From NCBI GenBank assembly GCA_034521595.1, contig JAXHMG010000003.1, positions 160,001 through 224,000 on the forward strand: a DNA stretch of 64,000 nucleotides, read 5' to 3'. Within the stretch, counting starts at the first letter, position 1. Each line of letters starts with the position of its first letter. Shown here one piece after another: positions 47,795-58,919 of the stretch. This DNA is from Gemmatimonadota bacterium. Lineage in GTDB: Bacteria > Gemmatimonadota > Gemmatimonadetes > Longimicrobiales > Gaopeijiaceae. The notes under the pieces are model-generated. The model was not told the DNA's origin and made no database searches. It saw only the letters and a program-made list of their open reading frames with translations. Position numbers and translations under genes: made by a program.

Positions 47795-50506
47795 ATGCGC
47801 ATCCACGAGCACCGGCTACAGCGTCACGCGCAGCAGCGACTCGAGAAGGTCCCGGCCGAAACGGCCAAGCGGATCCGGTCGTTTCGCTCGTTTCTCGAGC
47901 TCGAGTCCGAGCACCTGAGGCGACGCCACGAGTTCGGCCTCGGGGGGCGGGAGATCGCTCGTGGGCGGAGCGACTTGGTGGATGTAGTGGTGGGGCGGGC
48001 GTGTCGGGCGGTGGCCGAGGACCTGGGGCCTACCGCCCGAGAAGAGCTGCGCGGCTGTGCGGTGGTGGCGTTGGGGGGGTACGGGAGGGGGGAGTTGTCT
48101 CCGTGCTCGGACGTGGACCTCCTCTTCCTGCACCCCGGCCGGCCTTCGGCGCTCGTCACCGACTTCGTGGAGGCCGTGCTGCCGCTGCTCTGGGACATCG
48201 GGCTGGAAGTGGGGCACAGCGTTCGCTCGGTTCCGGATTGCGTGCGTTTCGGCCGTACCGATTTGCATGCGCGCAACGCGATGTCGGAGGCTCGCCTGCT
48301 CCTCGGAAGCGAGGCTCTGTTCGATCGGCTTCGGTCCGAGATGCGTGTCAAGGTCTACGGTCAGCCGAAGGCGAACCGGTTCTTCAAGGAGGCCATGGCC
48401 GCGGAAGTCGAGGACCGGCGCGGTCGGTTCGGCTCCGTGGTCGGCATGCAGGAGCCCCATCTCAAGGAAGGAGCCGGCGGACTCAGGGACCTGCACCTGG
48501 TAGGTTGGGTCGGACTCGCCCGTTGGGGCTTCGGGCATCCGGACGAGCTCGTGCGCGCCGGGATCGTGACGGTGGCCGATCACGCCCGTGCCCTGCGGGC
48601 GTACGACTTCATTCTGCGGATCAGGAACGAGGCCCATTTCCAGACGGGGCGGCGCACCGACCTCATCTCCCTGGAGCTGCAGCCCGATCTCGCCAGCGCG
48701 CTCGGATACGCCGATCAGCGGGTGGCTTCGGCTTCGGAGATCTTCATGCGGGATTTTTACCTGCGGGCTCGCGAGCTCCTGCGCTTCTGTGACGCCTTTC
48801 TGGTCCAAGCGGATTTCTGGACTCCGGACGAGGGCGTTCTGTCGCTTCGGAACCGGCCGGCCGCTCGTGCCGTGGGGCCACACGGCCGGTACCGGCTGCG
48901 GGACGGGCGCCTCTTCGCGGCAGGCGAGGGTGCTGCTCGCCAGGACGATCCGATGCGCCTCTTCGAGGTCTGGGAGGTCGCCCAGAAGCACGGGGCGCGC
49001 GTGAGCGAGGAGTTGCTTCAGGAAGCACACGCCAACCTCGACGTGGTGGATCGTCGGGTCCGTCAGTCGCCCGAAGCGTCGGCCGCCTTCCTGCGCATGC
49101 TGGGGCGGGTCGGCCGGGTCGCGCTCGCCTTGCGGCCGATGCACGAGGCCGGATTGCTCGCGAAGTACCTGCCCGAGTTCCGGCGGGTGACACTGATGGT
49201 GCAGCACGACCACTACCATCGCTATACCATCGACGAGCACACGCTCAAGGCGGTGGAAGCGCTCGATGCTCTCGCGGATCCGGCCTCCCGTCCCGAGGCC
49301 CTCGCGGACCTGGGCGACGCATTGGAGGCGGTGGCCGACGTGCGCCGTCTGGCGCTGGGGATCCTTCTGCACGACATCGGCAAGGGCCAGGGCGGAGATC
49401 ACGTGACGAAGGGGGCTCACATCGCGAAGCGTGTGTGCCGGCGCCTGGGGTTGGACGAAAATACCACGTCCGACGTGGTGTTTCTCGTGGAGAACCATCT
49501 CGTCATGTCACGGATCTCTCAGCGTCGCGACCTGACGGATCAAGCCGTGGTCCGGGGCTTCGCCGAGACGGTGGGAAGCCTGGATCGGCTGCGGATGCTG
49601 TACGTGCTCACCTATGCCGACATTCGGGCGGTCGGGCCCGAGACGTGGAACGACTGGAAGGCGGCCTTGCTTCGCGAGCTCTTCGAGCGGACCGAGCCGC
49701 TCCTCGACGGGGGACGCACCCGTCCGGGGGAGCGTGACGTGGATGTCGCGGAACGTGTGCTCGAGCACCTTCCCGGAGAGCTCCGGAAGAGTGATGTCGA
49801 CGCCTTCCTGGACCGCTTGCCGTCACGGTACGGACGGTTGGTGCCTCCGGCTCTCATCGCGCGCCATGTCGAGATGACGCGCCAACTCGAGGACCGTCCG
49901 GTCTTGGTCGATTGGCGAGCTTCCGAGCGCGGCCCTTATACCGTGGTCACCACCTGCTTCAGGGACGCGCGGGGCAGGCTCGGTCGATTGGCGGGCGCCC
50001 TCACCGGCGCGGGCCTCGACATTCTGAGCGTCGACGTGTTCACGCGCGACGACGGTTTGGCTCTCGACGTGTTCAGGGTGAGCGAGGCCATGGGACCTCG
50101 GCAGGTTCAGCCGGTTCCCGAGCCTCGATGGCACGAGATCACCGCCCAGCTCGAAGCCGTGCTCGCCGGAAAAGCGGATCCGAGTGAAGCGGTCGAGCGT
50201 CAGCGGACGCGCCAGATGCGTCGGAGGGCCCGCCGGCCGCCTGCTTCGCCCCTCGTGCGGTTCGTGCCGCCCGACCGCTCGAACCGGACCGTCCTGGAGG
50301 TCCGGGCGGACGACGAGCCGGGCGTAGTCTATCGGATCGCGAAGACGTTGGCCGGGCTCGATCTCGACATCAAGCTGGCCAAGATCGCGACCGAGAAGAA
50401 CCAGGCGCTCGACATCTTCTACGTCACCGAGGAGGACGGATCCCCGCTCGGGGCGGATCGCCGGTCCGAGGTGGAGTCCGCTCTGCTCGAAGCGCTGGGG
50501 ATTTAG
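47795..50506 (+). CDS. glnD: [Protein-PII] uridylyltransferase/uridylyl-removing enzyme
   Basis: ALGGYGRGELSPCSDVDL, KEGAGGLRD, YHRYTIDEH, LLHDIGKG, two C-terminal ACT domains. Confidence 0.92.
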   Translation: MRIHEHRLQRHAQQRLEKVPAETAKRIRSFRSFLELESEHLRRRHEFGLGGREIARGRSDLVDVVVGRACRAVAEDLGPTAREELRGCAVVALGGYGRGELSPCSDVDLLFLHPGRPSALVTDFVEAVLPLLWDIGLEVGHSVRSVPDCVRFGRTDLHARNAMSEARLLLGSEALFDRLRSEMRVKVYGQPKANRFFKEAMAAEVEDRRGRFGSVVGMQEPHLKEGAGGLRDLHLVGWVGLARWGFGHPDELVRAGIVTVADHARALRAYDFILRIRNEAHFQTGRRTDLISLELQPDLASALGYADQRVASASEIFMRDFYLRARELLRFCDAFLVQADFWTPDEGVLSLRNRPAARAVGPHGRYRLRDGRLFAAGEGAARQDDPMRLFEVWEVAQKHGARVSEELLQEAHANLDVVDRRVRQSPEASAAFLRMLGRVGRVALALRPMHEAGLLAKYLPEFRRVTLMVQHDHYHRYTIDEHTLKAVEALDALADPASRPEALADLGDALEAVADVRRLALGILLHDIGKGQGGDHVTKGAHIAKRVCRRLGLDENTTSDVVFLVENHLVMSRISQRRDLTDQAVVRGFAETVGSLDRLRMLYVLTYADIRAVGPETWNDWKAALLRELFERTEPLLDGGRTRPGERDVDVAERVLEHLPGELRKSDVDAFLDRLPSRYGRLVPPALIARHVEMTRQLEDRPVLVDWRASERGPYTVVTTCFRDARGRLGRLAGALTGAGLDILSVDVFTRDDGLALDVFRVSEAMGPRQVQPVPEPRWHEITAQLEAVLAGKADPSEAVERQRTRQMRRRARRPPASPLVRFVPPDRSNRTVLEVRADDEPGVVYRIAKTLAGLDLDIKLAKIATEKNQALDIFYVTEEDGSPLGADRRSEVESALLEALGI

Positions 50507-50591
50507 TAGCCTCGCGTCCGGCGGGGGGCTCGGCGCTCCGAGCGCCTCGGTCGCTCGGTCGTGGCGAGCACGGCGTGTGAGCCACGGGCTA

Positions 50592-51248
50592 TCAGGGGTA
50601 GAGGCGGACGGTGCGCCACTCCGCCCCCACGCGCTCGAAGACGATTCGGTCGTGGAGACGGTCGTCCCGGCCTTGCCAGAACTCGATCCGTTGGGGGGTG
50701 AGGCGGTATCCGCCCCAATGCGGCGGCAGGGGGATCTCGGTTTCTTCGAAGCGTCGCCGGACATCCCGGACGCGCTGCTCGAGCTCCGCGCGGGACGCCA
50801 GCGGACGACTTTGATCCGAAGCCCACGCACCGATCTTGCTGCCTTCCGGGCGCGTGCTGAAGTAGCTGTGGCTTTCCTCCTCGGAGACGCGCGCCACCGG
50901 CCCTTCGATGCGTACTTGCCGGTCCTGCTCTTTCCAGTGGAAGCAGAGTGACGCGTGCGGATTCGCGTCCAACTCCGATGCCTTTCGACTCCCGTAATTC
51001 GTGAAGAAGGTGAAGCCCTGGTCGTCCATTCCCTTGAGGAGCACCATGCGGACGGAGGGGCGGCCTTCGGGCGTCGCCGTCGCGAGCGCCGTGGCTTCGG
51101 GAAGCTCCACGCCATCATCGCGCGCGGCATCGAACCAGCGCTCGAAGAGATCCAGGGGATCCTGCTCGTCATCCAGTTCCAGTTGGTGCGGTGCTCGCCC
51201 GGGCCCCGTGAGCGGCTCCCCTCCGGATGGGGCAACCCTTTCCGACAT
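50592..51248 (-). CDS. pdxH: Pyridoxamine 5'-phosphate oxidase
   Basis: PSVRMVLLK, FFTNYGSRK, GAWASDQS, WGGY, IEFWQG...LHDR, LYP. Confidence 0.95.
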   Translation of the reverse strand: MSERVAPSGGEPLTGPGRAPHQLELDDEQDPLDLFERWFDAARDDGVELPEATALATATPEGRPSVRMVLLKGMDDQGFTFFTNYGSRKASELDANPHASLCFHWKEQDRQVRIEGPVARVSEEESHSYFSTRPEGSKIGAWASDQSRPLASRAELEQRVRDVRRRFEETEIPLPPHWGGYRLTPQRIEFWQGRDDRLHDRIVFERVGAEWRTVRLYP

Positions 51249-51457
51249 AACGAAATCTCCAGCTCGTGCCGCGGTCGTATCGGTGAGTGCCGGCGGAGGC
51301 TACGTGCTGCGCCGTCGCCACCCGTGGCTCGGCCAATGACTTCCGCCGGGTCTCTGCCATGAACTGCCAACACAACCCCTTCGTGCCCGGGGAGGTCCCG
51401 CGCGCCCGGCGGCGACTTTGTCGATCGCCGGCTTTCCGGTACCTTTCATGACGGAAG

Positions 51458-51472
51458 CCCCCCCCGGGGGGG
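51458..51472. promoter_or_regulatory. Candidate CsoR operator (C8G7 palindrome)
   Basis: CCCCCCCCGGGGGGG 25 bp before csoR. CsoR/RcnR operators are known to contain C/G tracts. Confidence 0.5.
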
Positions 51473-51496
51473 ATGGGTTAATAGCAGGAGTGGCTG

Positions 51497-51775
51497 ATGG
51501 CACATGAGGAGAACGATGATGTGCTCCGACGGCTGAAGAGCGTCGAGGGCCATGTGCGGGGCGTTCAGCGCATGGTGGAGGAGGACGCGTACTGCATCGA
51601 TGTCGTCAACCAGATCCTCGCGATTCAGCGGGCCCTGAAGCAGGTGAGCGCTCGCGTGCTCGACGAGCACCTTCATTCGTGCGTGACGGAGGCGGTGCGT
51701 GGCCCGGACGTCGCGGATCGTGAGCGGGTGCTCACCGAGCTGTTACAGGTGTTCGAAGCAACCGGCAAGAGTTGA
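51497..51775 (+). CDS. csoR: CsoR-family copper-sensing repressor
   Basis: RLKSVEGHVRGV, YCIDV, HLHSCV. Confidence 0.9.
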   Translation: MAHEENDDVLRRLKSVEGHVRGVQRMVEEDAYCIDVVNQILAIQRALKQVSARVLDEHLHSCVTEAVRGPDVADRERVLTELLQVFEATGKS

Positions 51776-51799
51776 ACCAGACGCAACCAGGAGGAGATC

Positions 51800-52024
51800 A
51801 TGTCCGAGGAGACGAAGAAGACGGTGTCCGTTCCGAACATCAGCTGCGGGCACTGTGTGAACACGATCGAGCGCGAGGTCGGTGAAGTCCCTGGCGTGCG
51901 CGGCGTCGAGGCTGACGAGGGCAGCCGGAAGGTCACCATCAGTTGGGATCCGGAGACCACCGATTGGGTGGTCATCGAGGACACCATGAAGGAGATCGCG
52001 TACCCTCCGGCCGACGAGGCATGA
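51800..52024 (+). CDS. copZ: Copper chaperone (HMA domain)
   Basis: VPNISCGHCV. Confidence 0.9.
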   Translation: MSEETKKTVSVPNISCGHCVNTIEREVGEVPGVRGVEADEGSRKVTISWDPETTDWVVIEDTMKEIAYPPADEA

Positions 52025-52046
52025 GCCCGGGATCGGGTTGAGATGA

Positions 52047-54344
52047 GTGATGAGTAGAGCGGAGGAAGGGGGACCGGCGACCGTGCCGACGGACGAGGTC
52101 GAAGCGACCGACCTCGTGTTGCCCATCACGGGCATGACCTGTGCGAACTGTGCGGCCACGGTGGAGCGGACGCTTCGACGGACGGATGGCGTGGCGGAGG
52201 CGTCCGTGTCGTATGCGTCGGAGCGTGCCACCGTACGATACGACCCGGGTGCGGTGACTCCCGACGACCTGGTCGAGGCGGTGGAGCGCGCCGGTTACGG
52301 CGCGATCCTCGTCGACGAGGGTGACTTGGACGAGGCCGAGGCCGAGGCGCGCGACGACGAGCTGAGTGAGCAGAAGCGCACCTTCTGGGTGGGGGTCATC
52401 TTCTCCGCCCCGCTCTTCGTCCTCTCCATGGCGCGTGACTTCGCGCTTCTGGGGGCCTGGGCGCACGAGCCGTGGGTCAACTGGCTCATGCTCGTCCTGG
52501 CGACACCGGTCCAGCTCTACGTGGGCCGCGGCTTCTACGTGGGGGCGCGGAACGCGTTGCGGAACGGCACGGCCAACATGGACGTGCTCGTGGCCCTCGG
52601 CTCGTCCGTGGCCTACGTGTATTCGGTCGCGGTCACGGGGGCCCTCACGGTCGGCTACGCCGGTTGGGGCGACCACGTGTACTTCGAGACGGCCGCGCTC
52701 ATCATCACGCTCATCAAGCTGGGCAAGCTCCTCGAGGTCCGTGCCAAGGGAGAGACCAGCCTGGCGATCCGTCAGCTCATGGACCTGAGCCCGGCCTCGG
52801 CGCGCGTGGTCCGGGACGGCGTCGAGGAGGAGGTGCCCCTCGAGCAGGTGGCGGCGGGCGATGTCCTCGTCGTGCGGCCCGGAGAGCGGATCCCGGTGGA
52901 CGGCGTGGTCCTCGACGGTCGCTCCACGGTCGACGAGAGCATGCTCACGGGGGAAAGCATGCCGGTGGAGAAGGGAGAGGGCGACGAGGTGGTCGGCGCG
53001 ACCATCAACACGAGCGGATCGTTTCGCTTCCGGGCGACCCGAGTCGGATCGGACACGGCGTTGGCGCAGGTCGTGCGCATGGTTCGCGAGGCACAGGCCA
53101 GCAAGGCTCCGATCCAGCAACTGGCCGACCGCATCTCGGCGGTCTTCGTGCCGGTCGTCGTGCTGATCGCGCTCGGCACGCTTCTGGTCTGGTGGTTCTG
53201 GGTGGGAGCGGGCTTCACCCCCTCCATGATCCGGATGGTCGCCGTGCTCGTGATCGCGTGCCCGTGCGCGCTGGGTCTCGCCACCCCGACGGCGGTCATG
53301 GTGGGCACGGGGCGAGGTGCGCGCATGGGCATCCTCTTCCGGAGCTCGGAGGCCCTTCAACGTGCGCGTGAGCTCACCGTGGTGGTGCTCGACAAGACCG
53401 GAACCGTCACCACGGGCGAGCCCACCGTTCGCGAGGTCGTCTCGACCGAGGACGATCCGGATCGTGTGCTCCGCCTGGCGGCGTCCGCCGAGCTTCGCAG
53501 TGAGCACCCGCTCGGGGCGGCGGTGGTTCGCGAGGCGCGTGCGCGGGGCGTGAGCCCGGTGGAGCCCACGCACTTCGACGCCACGGCCGGGCGCGGCGTC
53601 GAAGCGCTCGTCGACGGTGCGCGCGTGCTCGTCGGGACGCGCGCCTTCCTGGAGATGCGGGACGTCCCGACGGCTCCGCTGGAGGCGGAGGCGGCCCGCA
53701 TATCCGACCGTGCGGCCACGCCGCTGTGGGTCGCGGTGGATGGTGCGGCCGTCGGTCTCGTCGGTGTGGCCGACGCCCTGAAGGAGGGGTCGGCCGAGGC
53801 GGTGCGTCGCATGAAGTCGGACGGACTTCGGGTCGTCATGCTCACCGGCGATCACCGCAGCGTCGCCGAGCACATCGGCCGCGAAGTGGGCATCGACGAA
53901 GTGATCGCCGAAGTGCTTCCGGACGAGAAGGCGGCCCGGGTCGCCCGGCTCCGCGAAGAAGCGAACGGGGGCGTCGCGATGGTCGGGGACGGGATCAACG
54001 ACGCGCCCGCGCTGGCGAGCGCCGACGTCGGCATCGCGCTCGGCACGGGGACCGACGTCGCGATGGAGACCGCGGACATCACGCTCATGCGAGGAGATCT
54101 GCGCTCGGTTCCGGAGGCGCTGGCGTTGAGCCGGGCGACGATGCGGTCGATCGTGCAGAACCTCTTCTGGGCGTTCTTCTACAACGTGGCGTTGATCCCC
54201 GTGGCCGCGGGCGCGTTCTACGCCGTGGCGTTCATGCCGGCCATCGTGCGGTCGCTCCATCCGATCCTCGCGGCCGTGGCCATGGCGCTCAGCTCGGTGA
54301 CCGTGGTCTTGAACAGCCTCCGCCTCGGACGCGCGCGCCTTTGA
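52047..54344 (+). CDS. copA: Cu(I)-translocating P1B-1 ATPase
   Basis: [45 protein letters not shown]. Confidence 0.95.
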   Translation: MMSRAEEGGPATVPTDEVEATDLVLPITGMTCANCAATVERTLRRTDGVAEASVSYASERATVRYDPGAVTPDDLVEAVERAGYGAILVDEGDLDEAEAEARDDELSEQKRTFWVGVIFSAPLFVLSMARDFALLGAWAHEPWVNWLMLVLATPVQLYVGRGFYVGARNALRNGTANMDVLVALGSSVAYVYSVAVTGALTVGYAGWGDHVYFETAALIITLIKLGKLLEVRAKGETSLAIRQLMDLSPASARVVRDGVEEEVPLEQVAAGDVLVVRPGERIPVDGVVLDGRSTVDESMLTGESMPVEKGEGDEVVGATINTSGSFRFRATRVGSDTALAQVVRMVREAQASKAPIQQLADRISAVFVPVVVLIALGTLLVWWFWVGAGFTPSMIRMVAVLVIACPCALGLATPTAVMVGTGRGARMGILFRSSEALQRARELTVVVLDKTGTVTTGEPTVREVVSTEDDPDRVLRLAASAELRSEHPLGAAVVREARARGVSPVEPTHFDATAGRGVEALVDGARVLVGTRAFLEMRDVPTAPLEAEAARISDRAATPLWVAVDGAAVGLVGVADALKEGSAEAVRRMKSDGLRVVMLTGDHRSVAEHIGREVGIDEVIAEVLPDEKAARVARLREEANGGVAMVGDGINDAPALASADVGIALGTGTDVAMETADITLMRGDLRSVPEALALSRATMRSIVQNLFWAFFYNVALIPVAAGAFYAVAFMPAIVRSLHPILAAVAMALSSVTVVLNSLRLGRARL

Positions 54345-54468
54345 GCCGGTGCGCCACCGTGTCGCTCCTCTGGTCCGGGAGCGCCGGGTGGCCCATCCTT
54401 GGGCGAGCGCCCGGTGGACACCCTCCGGGCGCGTTCGCCGGTTCCACACGAAACCCGAAGGATCCGTG

Positions 54469-56172
54469 ATGCTGAACAGCGCCATTCGCACCCTAGCAGT
54501 CATGACGGGCGTCGCCCTATTCGCTGCGTGCGGCTCCGACCCGGGCGAGGTGGCCGACCTGGTGTTGACGGGCGGCAAGGTCGTCACGGTGGATCCCGAG
54601 GTTCCCGAGGCCGAAGCCGTCGCGCTCCGCGACGGGCGGGTTGCCGCGGTCGGGACGGCCGCCGAGATCACCGAATGGGTCGGCTCGGACACCGAGGTGA
54701 TCGAGCTCGATGGGCGGCTCGCACTGCCGGGCTTCATCGAGGGGCATGCGCATTACATGCGCCTCGGGTCGGCGACCCTCGAACTGGACTTGAGCGACGC
54801 CGGGAATTGGGCCGAGATCGTGGACCGCGTCGAGGCCGCGGTGGCGGAGGCCGAGCCGGGCGAGCTGATCCTGGGGCAGGGGTGGCACCAGGAGCGCTGG
54901 ACGCCCCGGCCCCAGCCGAACGTGGACGGCCTTCCGTTCCATGACGGTCTGAGCGCGGTGTCGCCGGACAATCCGGTGATTCTGTCGCACGCCAGCGGGC
55001 ACGCTTCGTACGCGAACGAGCACGCGATGCGGCTGGCGGGAATCGATCGGAATACCCCGGACCCGGAGGGCGGAGAGATCGTTCGCGACGGTTCGGGGAA
55101 TCCCATCGGCGCGTTCCGCGAGACCGCGTCCGGGCTCCTCGCGCCGGCCCGGGAGGGAGCGTCCCGGCCGGATCCGCGACGGGTCGCCCTGCTCGCCCAG
55201 GAGGAGGCGTTCCGCAACGGGATCACCTCGTTCCAGGACGCGGGCTCCGGCTTCGAGACGATCGATTTGTGGCGGTCCATGGTCGACGACGGCAGTCTCC
55301 GGATCCGGCTGTACACGATGATCCGGGCGGACAACGACGCGCTGGCTCGCCACATGGCGGACTACCGCATGGTCGGCTACGGCGGCGACCGACTGACCGT
55401 GCGCGCGCTCAAGGTGTCGATCGACGGCGCGCTCGGCTCACACGGAGCGTGGCTTCTCGAGCCCTACGACGACCTTCCGACGAGCACCGGCCTCAACACG
55501 ACGCCGCCCGAGGAGATCCGTGAAAAGGCCGACCTCGCGCTCGAGCACGACTATCAGCTCAACGTCCACGCCATCGGTGACCGCGGGAATCGCGAGACGC
55601 TCGACATCTTCGAGGAGGCGTACGCGGCGGCCGACACGGAAGATCTGCGCTGGCGGATCGAGCACGCGCAGCACTTACACCCGGACGATATTCCGCGGTT
55701 CGGCTCGCTCGGCGTGATCGCGTCGATGCAGGGAGTGCACGCGACGTCCGACGGTCCGTGGGTGGAGCCCAAGCTGGGACCCCGGAGGACCGAGGAGGGG
55801 GCCTACGTGTGGCGGAAGCTCATGGACTCCGGCGCGGTGGTCATGAACGGCACGGACGCGCCCGTCGAGGACGTGAGCCCGATCGCGAGCTATTACTCCA
55901 GCGTGTCGCGCGTGATGGCCAACGGGGAGCGCTTCACGCCCGAGCAGCGCATGAGCCGCATGGAAGCCCTCGAGTCGTACACCGTGAACGCGGCGTACGG
56001 AGCGTTCGAGGAGGACGTCAAGGGCTCGTTGACCCCGGGGAAGCTCGCCGACGTGGTGGTGCTCTCCCAGGACATCCTCACGGTCGACGAGGAGCGGATT
56101 CCGGACACGCTTGTCGATCTGACGATCGTCGGCGGTGAGGTGGTCTACGCGCGCTCGGAGGGGGCCGGCTGA
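54469..56172 (+). CDS. Amidohydrolase_3 (YtcJ-like) lipoprotein
   Basis: Lipobox FAAC, PGFIEGHAH, DGALGS, HAIGD, RIEHAQ, GTDAPVE, GKLAD. Confidence 0.88.
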   Translation: MLNSAIRTLAVMTGVALFAACGSDPGEVADLVLTGGKVVTVDPEVPEAEAVALRDGRVAAVGTAAEITEWVGSDTEVIELDGRLALPGFIEGHAHYMRLGSATLELDLSDAGNWAEIVDRVEAAVAEAEPGELILGQGWHQERWTPRPQPNVDGLPFHDGLSAVSPDNPVILSHASGHASYANEHAMRLAGIDRNTPDPEGGEIVRDGSGNPIGAFRETASGLLAPAREGASRPDPRRVALLAQEEAFRNGITSFQDAGSGFETIDLWRSMVDDGSLRIRLYTMIRADNDALARHMADYRMVGYGGDRLTVRALKVSIDGALGSHGAWLLEPYDDLPTSTGLNTTPPEEIREKADLALEHDYQLNVHAIGDRGNRETLDIFEEAYAAADTEDLRWRIEHAQHLHPDDIPRFGSLGVIASMQGVHATSDGPWVEPKLGPRRTEEGAYVWRKLMDSGAVVMNGTDAPVEDVSPIASYYSSVSRVMANGERFTPEQRMSRMEALESYTVNAAYGAFEEDVKGSLTPGKLADVVVLSQDILTVDEERIPDTLVDLTIVGGEVVYARSEGAG

Positions 56173-56173
56173 C

Positions 56174-56704
56174 ATGTCCGAGTCCCGCGACACGTACGAC
56201 GACATCGTTGCCGTCATCGAGAGCGCGAAAGCGCGTGGAGGTGAAGCGAGCTTGCGTGCGTTCGTCGCCCAGGCGCTTCCCGAGGCGACCGAGGTCGAGA
56301 TCGAAGACGCAGCGGAGCTCGCGCTCGAGATCATCGATTCCGTGCCCGTCTTCCTGGCGCGCGCCCGCCAGGCCGCGAAGGAGCAGGAGCGCGAGCAGCT
56401 CGTCCTGCCCCTCCTCGAGCGGGCCGAGCGGTACTTCCTGAAGCCGATCGACCTGATCCCGGAGATGACGCACGGTCTACCCGGGTTGCTCGACGACTCC
56501 TACCTCGTCATTCGTGCGCTCCAGCACCTGGACGGTGAGGACGAGTCCTTCCTCGACTGGGATCTGGATGCCCCCGTACGGTTCCTGCGCCGGTTGCTGG
56601 GACGCTCCATGACGGGGCGGCTCGACGAGATCGCGGCCGAGGCCCTCGAGGACGTATCCGACCAGCTCGACGCGCTCTGGGACCAGACGGCGCATCGGGC
56701 CTGA
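56174..56704 (+). CDS. DUF1232/YkvA-like protein
   Basis: YFLKPIDLIPE..GLPGLLDD motif. Confidence 0.6.
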   Translation: MSESRDTYDDIVAVIESAKARGGEASLRAFVAQALPEATEVEIEDAAELALEIIDSVPVFLARARQAAKEQEREQLVLPLLERAERYFLKPIDLIPEMTHGLPGLLDDSYLVIRALQHLDGEDESFLDWDLDAPVRFLRRLLGRSMTGRLDEIAAEALEDVSDQLDALWDQTAHRA

Positions 56705-56710
56705 GCTCCC

Positions 56711-57391
56711 ATGCGCATTCTCGTCGTGGAGGACGACCGGAAGGTCGCGAGCTTCCTGGAACGGGGACTCCGAGAAGAGGGATACGCCGTCGATGTGGCA
56801 AACGACGGTGAAGACGGCCGCCTGAAGGCCCACGTGCACGACTACGACCTCCTGCTGCTCGACGTCATGCTCCCGGGAATCTCCGGGCTGGAGATCGTGA
56901 GGGAATTGCGGCGACGGGAGACGCCGACGCCCGTGCTCATGCTCACGGCCCGGGATGCCGAGGACGACGTGGTGTTGGGTCTCGATGCCGGGGCCGACGA
57001 CTATCTGACCAAGCCGTTCGGGTTCGATGAGCTGTTGGCCCGGGTTCGGGCCCTCTTGCGGAGAGGGGGATCGGCGCGGCCGGATCGCCTCATTTACGCC
57101 GACATCGAGCTGGATCGCGTCAAGCACGAGGCGACCAGGGGTGGGGCCAGGCTCGACCTCACGCCGAAGGAGTTCCGCTTGCTGGAGTTCTTCCTGCTCA
57201 ACGCGGAGCGGGTGGTCCGGCGCACCGAGCTGCTCGAGAAGGTGTGGGATCTCACGTTCGATCCCATGAGCAACGTCGTGGACGTCCACGTGGGCCACCT
57301 CCGGCAAAAGCTGCGGCAGGTCGGCTCGGATCCGTTGCTCCACACCGTGCGGGGCGTCGGATATATCCTGGAGCTGGACGCGGACCAATGA
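56711..57391 (+). CDS. OmpR-family response regulator (CusR/CopR-like)
   Basis: MRILVVEDD, DVMLP, GADDYLTKPF, LTPKEF, SNVVDVHV, TVRGVGY. Confidence 0.92.
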   Translation: MRILVVEDDRKVASFLERGLREEGYAVDVANDGEDGRLKAHVHDYDLLLLDVMLPGISGLEIVRELRRRETPTPVLMLTARDAEDDVVLGLDAGADDYLTKPFGFDELLARVRALLRRGGSARPDRLIYADIELDRVKHEATRGGARLDLTPKEFRLLEFFLLNAERVVRRTELLEKVWDLTFDPMSNVVDVHVGHLRQKLRQVGSDPLLHTVRGVGYILELDADQ

Positions 57392-58806
57392 GTCGAGCGT
57401 TCCGTACCCAGTTGGCGCTTCGCGCCACGCTGGTGATCGCCGGGGCGCTCGTGGCGATCTCGCTCGTCAGCGTGCTCGCGCTCCGCGTGCTCCTCGACCG
57501 GAGGATCGACGCCTCCGTCCTCAACGTCGCTTCGATCCAGGCCGCGTCCGTCACGGACGAGCCCTCCGGCGCCATGCATTTCCACGAGTGGGAGCTGACG
57601 CCCGAGGAAGCCTCGTCGGTTCGAGACCTCATCCAGTACGCACAGATCTGGCGAGCGGACGGGGTGAGCCTGCTTCGAAGCCAGTACATGACGAGCGATC
57701 TCCCCTTGGACCAGGAGGAGCTCTCCCGCGCCGCGGACGGCGAGATCGTGTGGACGCGGAGTTCGTTCGAGGACCTGCCGGTGCGGATCCTCTACTATCC
57801 GCTCGACCGCTTCGGGGCCGCGCACGAGCGACACGTGCTCCAGGTCGCCGCTCCGCTTCGGAATCGGAATCAGCTCGTCGCCAGGGTGGGAGCGTTCCTC
57901 ACGCTGCTCACCTTGGTGGGCGCCGCCGCGACGTACGGCGGGGCTTGGTGGCTGGCCGGTCGGGCCATACGCCCCGTGCACGAGGTCATCGACCAGGCCG
58001 AGGAGATCCGGGCGGGCTCGCTCGACCGACGGATCCATGCGTATGCGGACCTGCGGGAGTATCGACGTCTCGTCGAGGTGTTGAATTCCATGCTCGCGCG
58101 CATCCAGGGCGCGTTCGAGGCCCAGCGTCGCTTCGCGGCGGATGCCAGTCACGAGCTCCGTTCGCCCCTTACGGCGATGCGGGGTGAGCTCGAGATCGCG
58201 CTTAGACGGGACCGGAGCGCCGAAGAGTACCGGAGGGTGCTGGAAAGCACGCTGGAGGAGGTCGTGCGGCTCGGCCGCGTTACGGAGGACCTTCTGCTTC
58301 TCGCCCGATCGGACGCGGGCGCGCTGCGCGGGCACCCCGAGCCGGTCGACATCGGAGGTGCCGTGCGAAGCATCCTGGACCGGCTGGCTCGTCGGACCGC
58401 CGCCGGAGGCGCCGCTGTGGAATTCGACGTGCACGGGGAAGTGACCGCGGAGGCCGATCCGGTGCTCGTCGGCCAGGTCGTCTGGAATCTCGTGGAGAAT
58501 GCGCTGAGGTTCACTCCGGACGACGGAGGCGTGAGGGTGTTGGTCGAAGGTACGCCCGACGCCGTGACACTGGCCGTCGAGGACGACGGTCCCGGCTTTC
58601 CCACAGACGAGGCGGATCGGGTGTTCGACCGCTTCTTCCGTGCCGATTCGGCACGTCCTCATACCGGCGGCACCGGGCTGGGGTTGTCGATCGTGAAGGC
58701 GGTGGCCGATGCGCACGGGGGCAGTGTGCGTGCCGAGAACCGGGCCGAAGGCGGCGCGCGGGTGATCGTGACATTTCCACGTTCACACTCCTCCTCCGAT
58801 GCGTGA
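57388..58806 (+). CDS. Sensor histidine kinase (CusS-like)
   Basis: 2 TM segments, periplasmic MHFHEW, HAMP, DASHELRSPL, NLVENA, DDGPG, GTGLGL. Confidence 0.9.
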   Translation: MSRAFRTQLALRATLVIAGALVAISLVSVLALRVLLDRRIDASVLNVASIQAASVTDEPSGAMHFHEWELTPEEASSVRDLIQYAQIWRADGVSLLRSQYMTSDLPLDQEELSRAADGEIVWTRSSFEDLPVRILYYPLDRFGAAHERHVLQVAAPLRNRNQLVARVGAFLTLLTLVGAAATYGGAWWLAGRAIRPVHEVIDQAEEIRAGSLDRRIHAYADLREYRRLVEVLNSMLARIQGAFEAQRRFAADASHELRSPLTAMRGELEIALRRDRSAEEYRRVLESTLEEVVRLGRVTEDLLLLARSDAGALRGHPEPVDIGGAVRSILDRLARRTAAGGAAVEFDVHGEVTAEADPVLVGQVVWNLVENALRFTPDDGGVRVLVEGTPDAVTLAVEDDGPGFPTDEADRVFDRFFRADSARPHTGGTGLGLSIVKAVADAHGGSVRAENRAEGGARVIVTFPRSHSSSDA

Positions 58807-58840
58807 ACCCATCTTCACGCTCGAATCACGGACGCTTCAT
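58803..58840 (+). promoter_or_regulatory. Candidate response-regulator box 1
   Basis: TGAA 58804, then TTCAC 58814, ATCAC 58825, TTCAT 58836. Confidence 0.65.
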
Positions 58841-58919
58841 CCTCGACGGGTTATCCTCCAACCGGAGTCACAGGGTCGGCTGAGGGTTCGTGACCGGTCG
58901 GCCACCGAGAGCAGGAGGT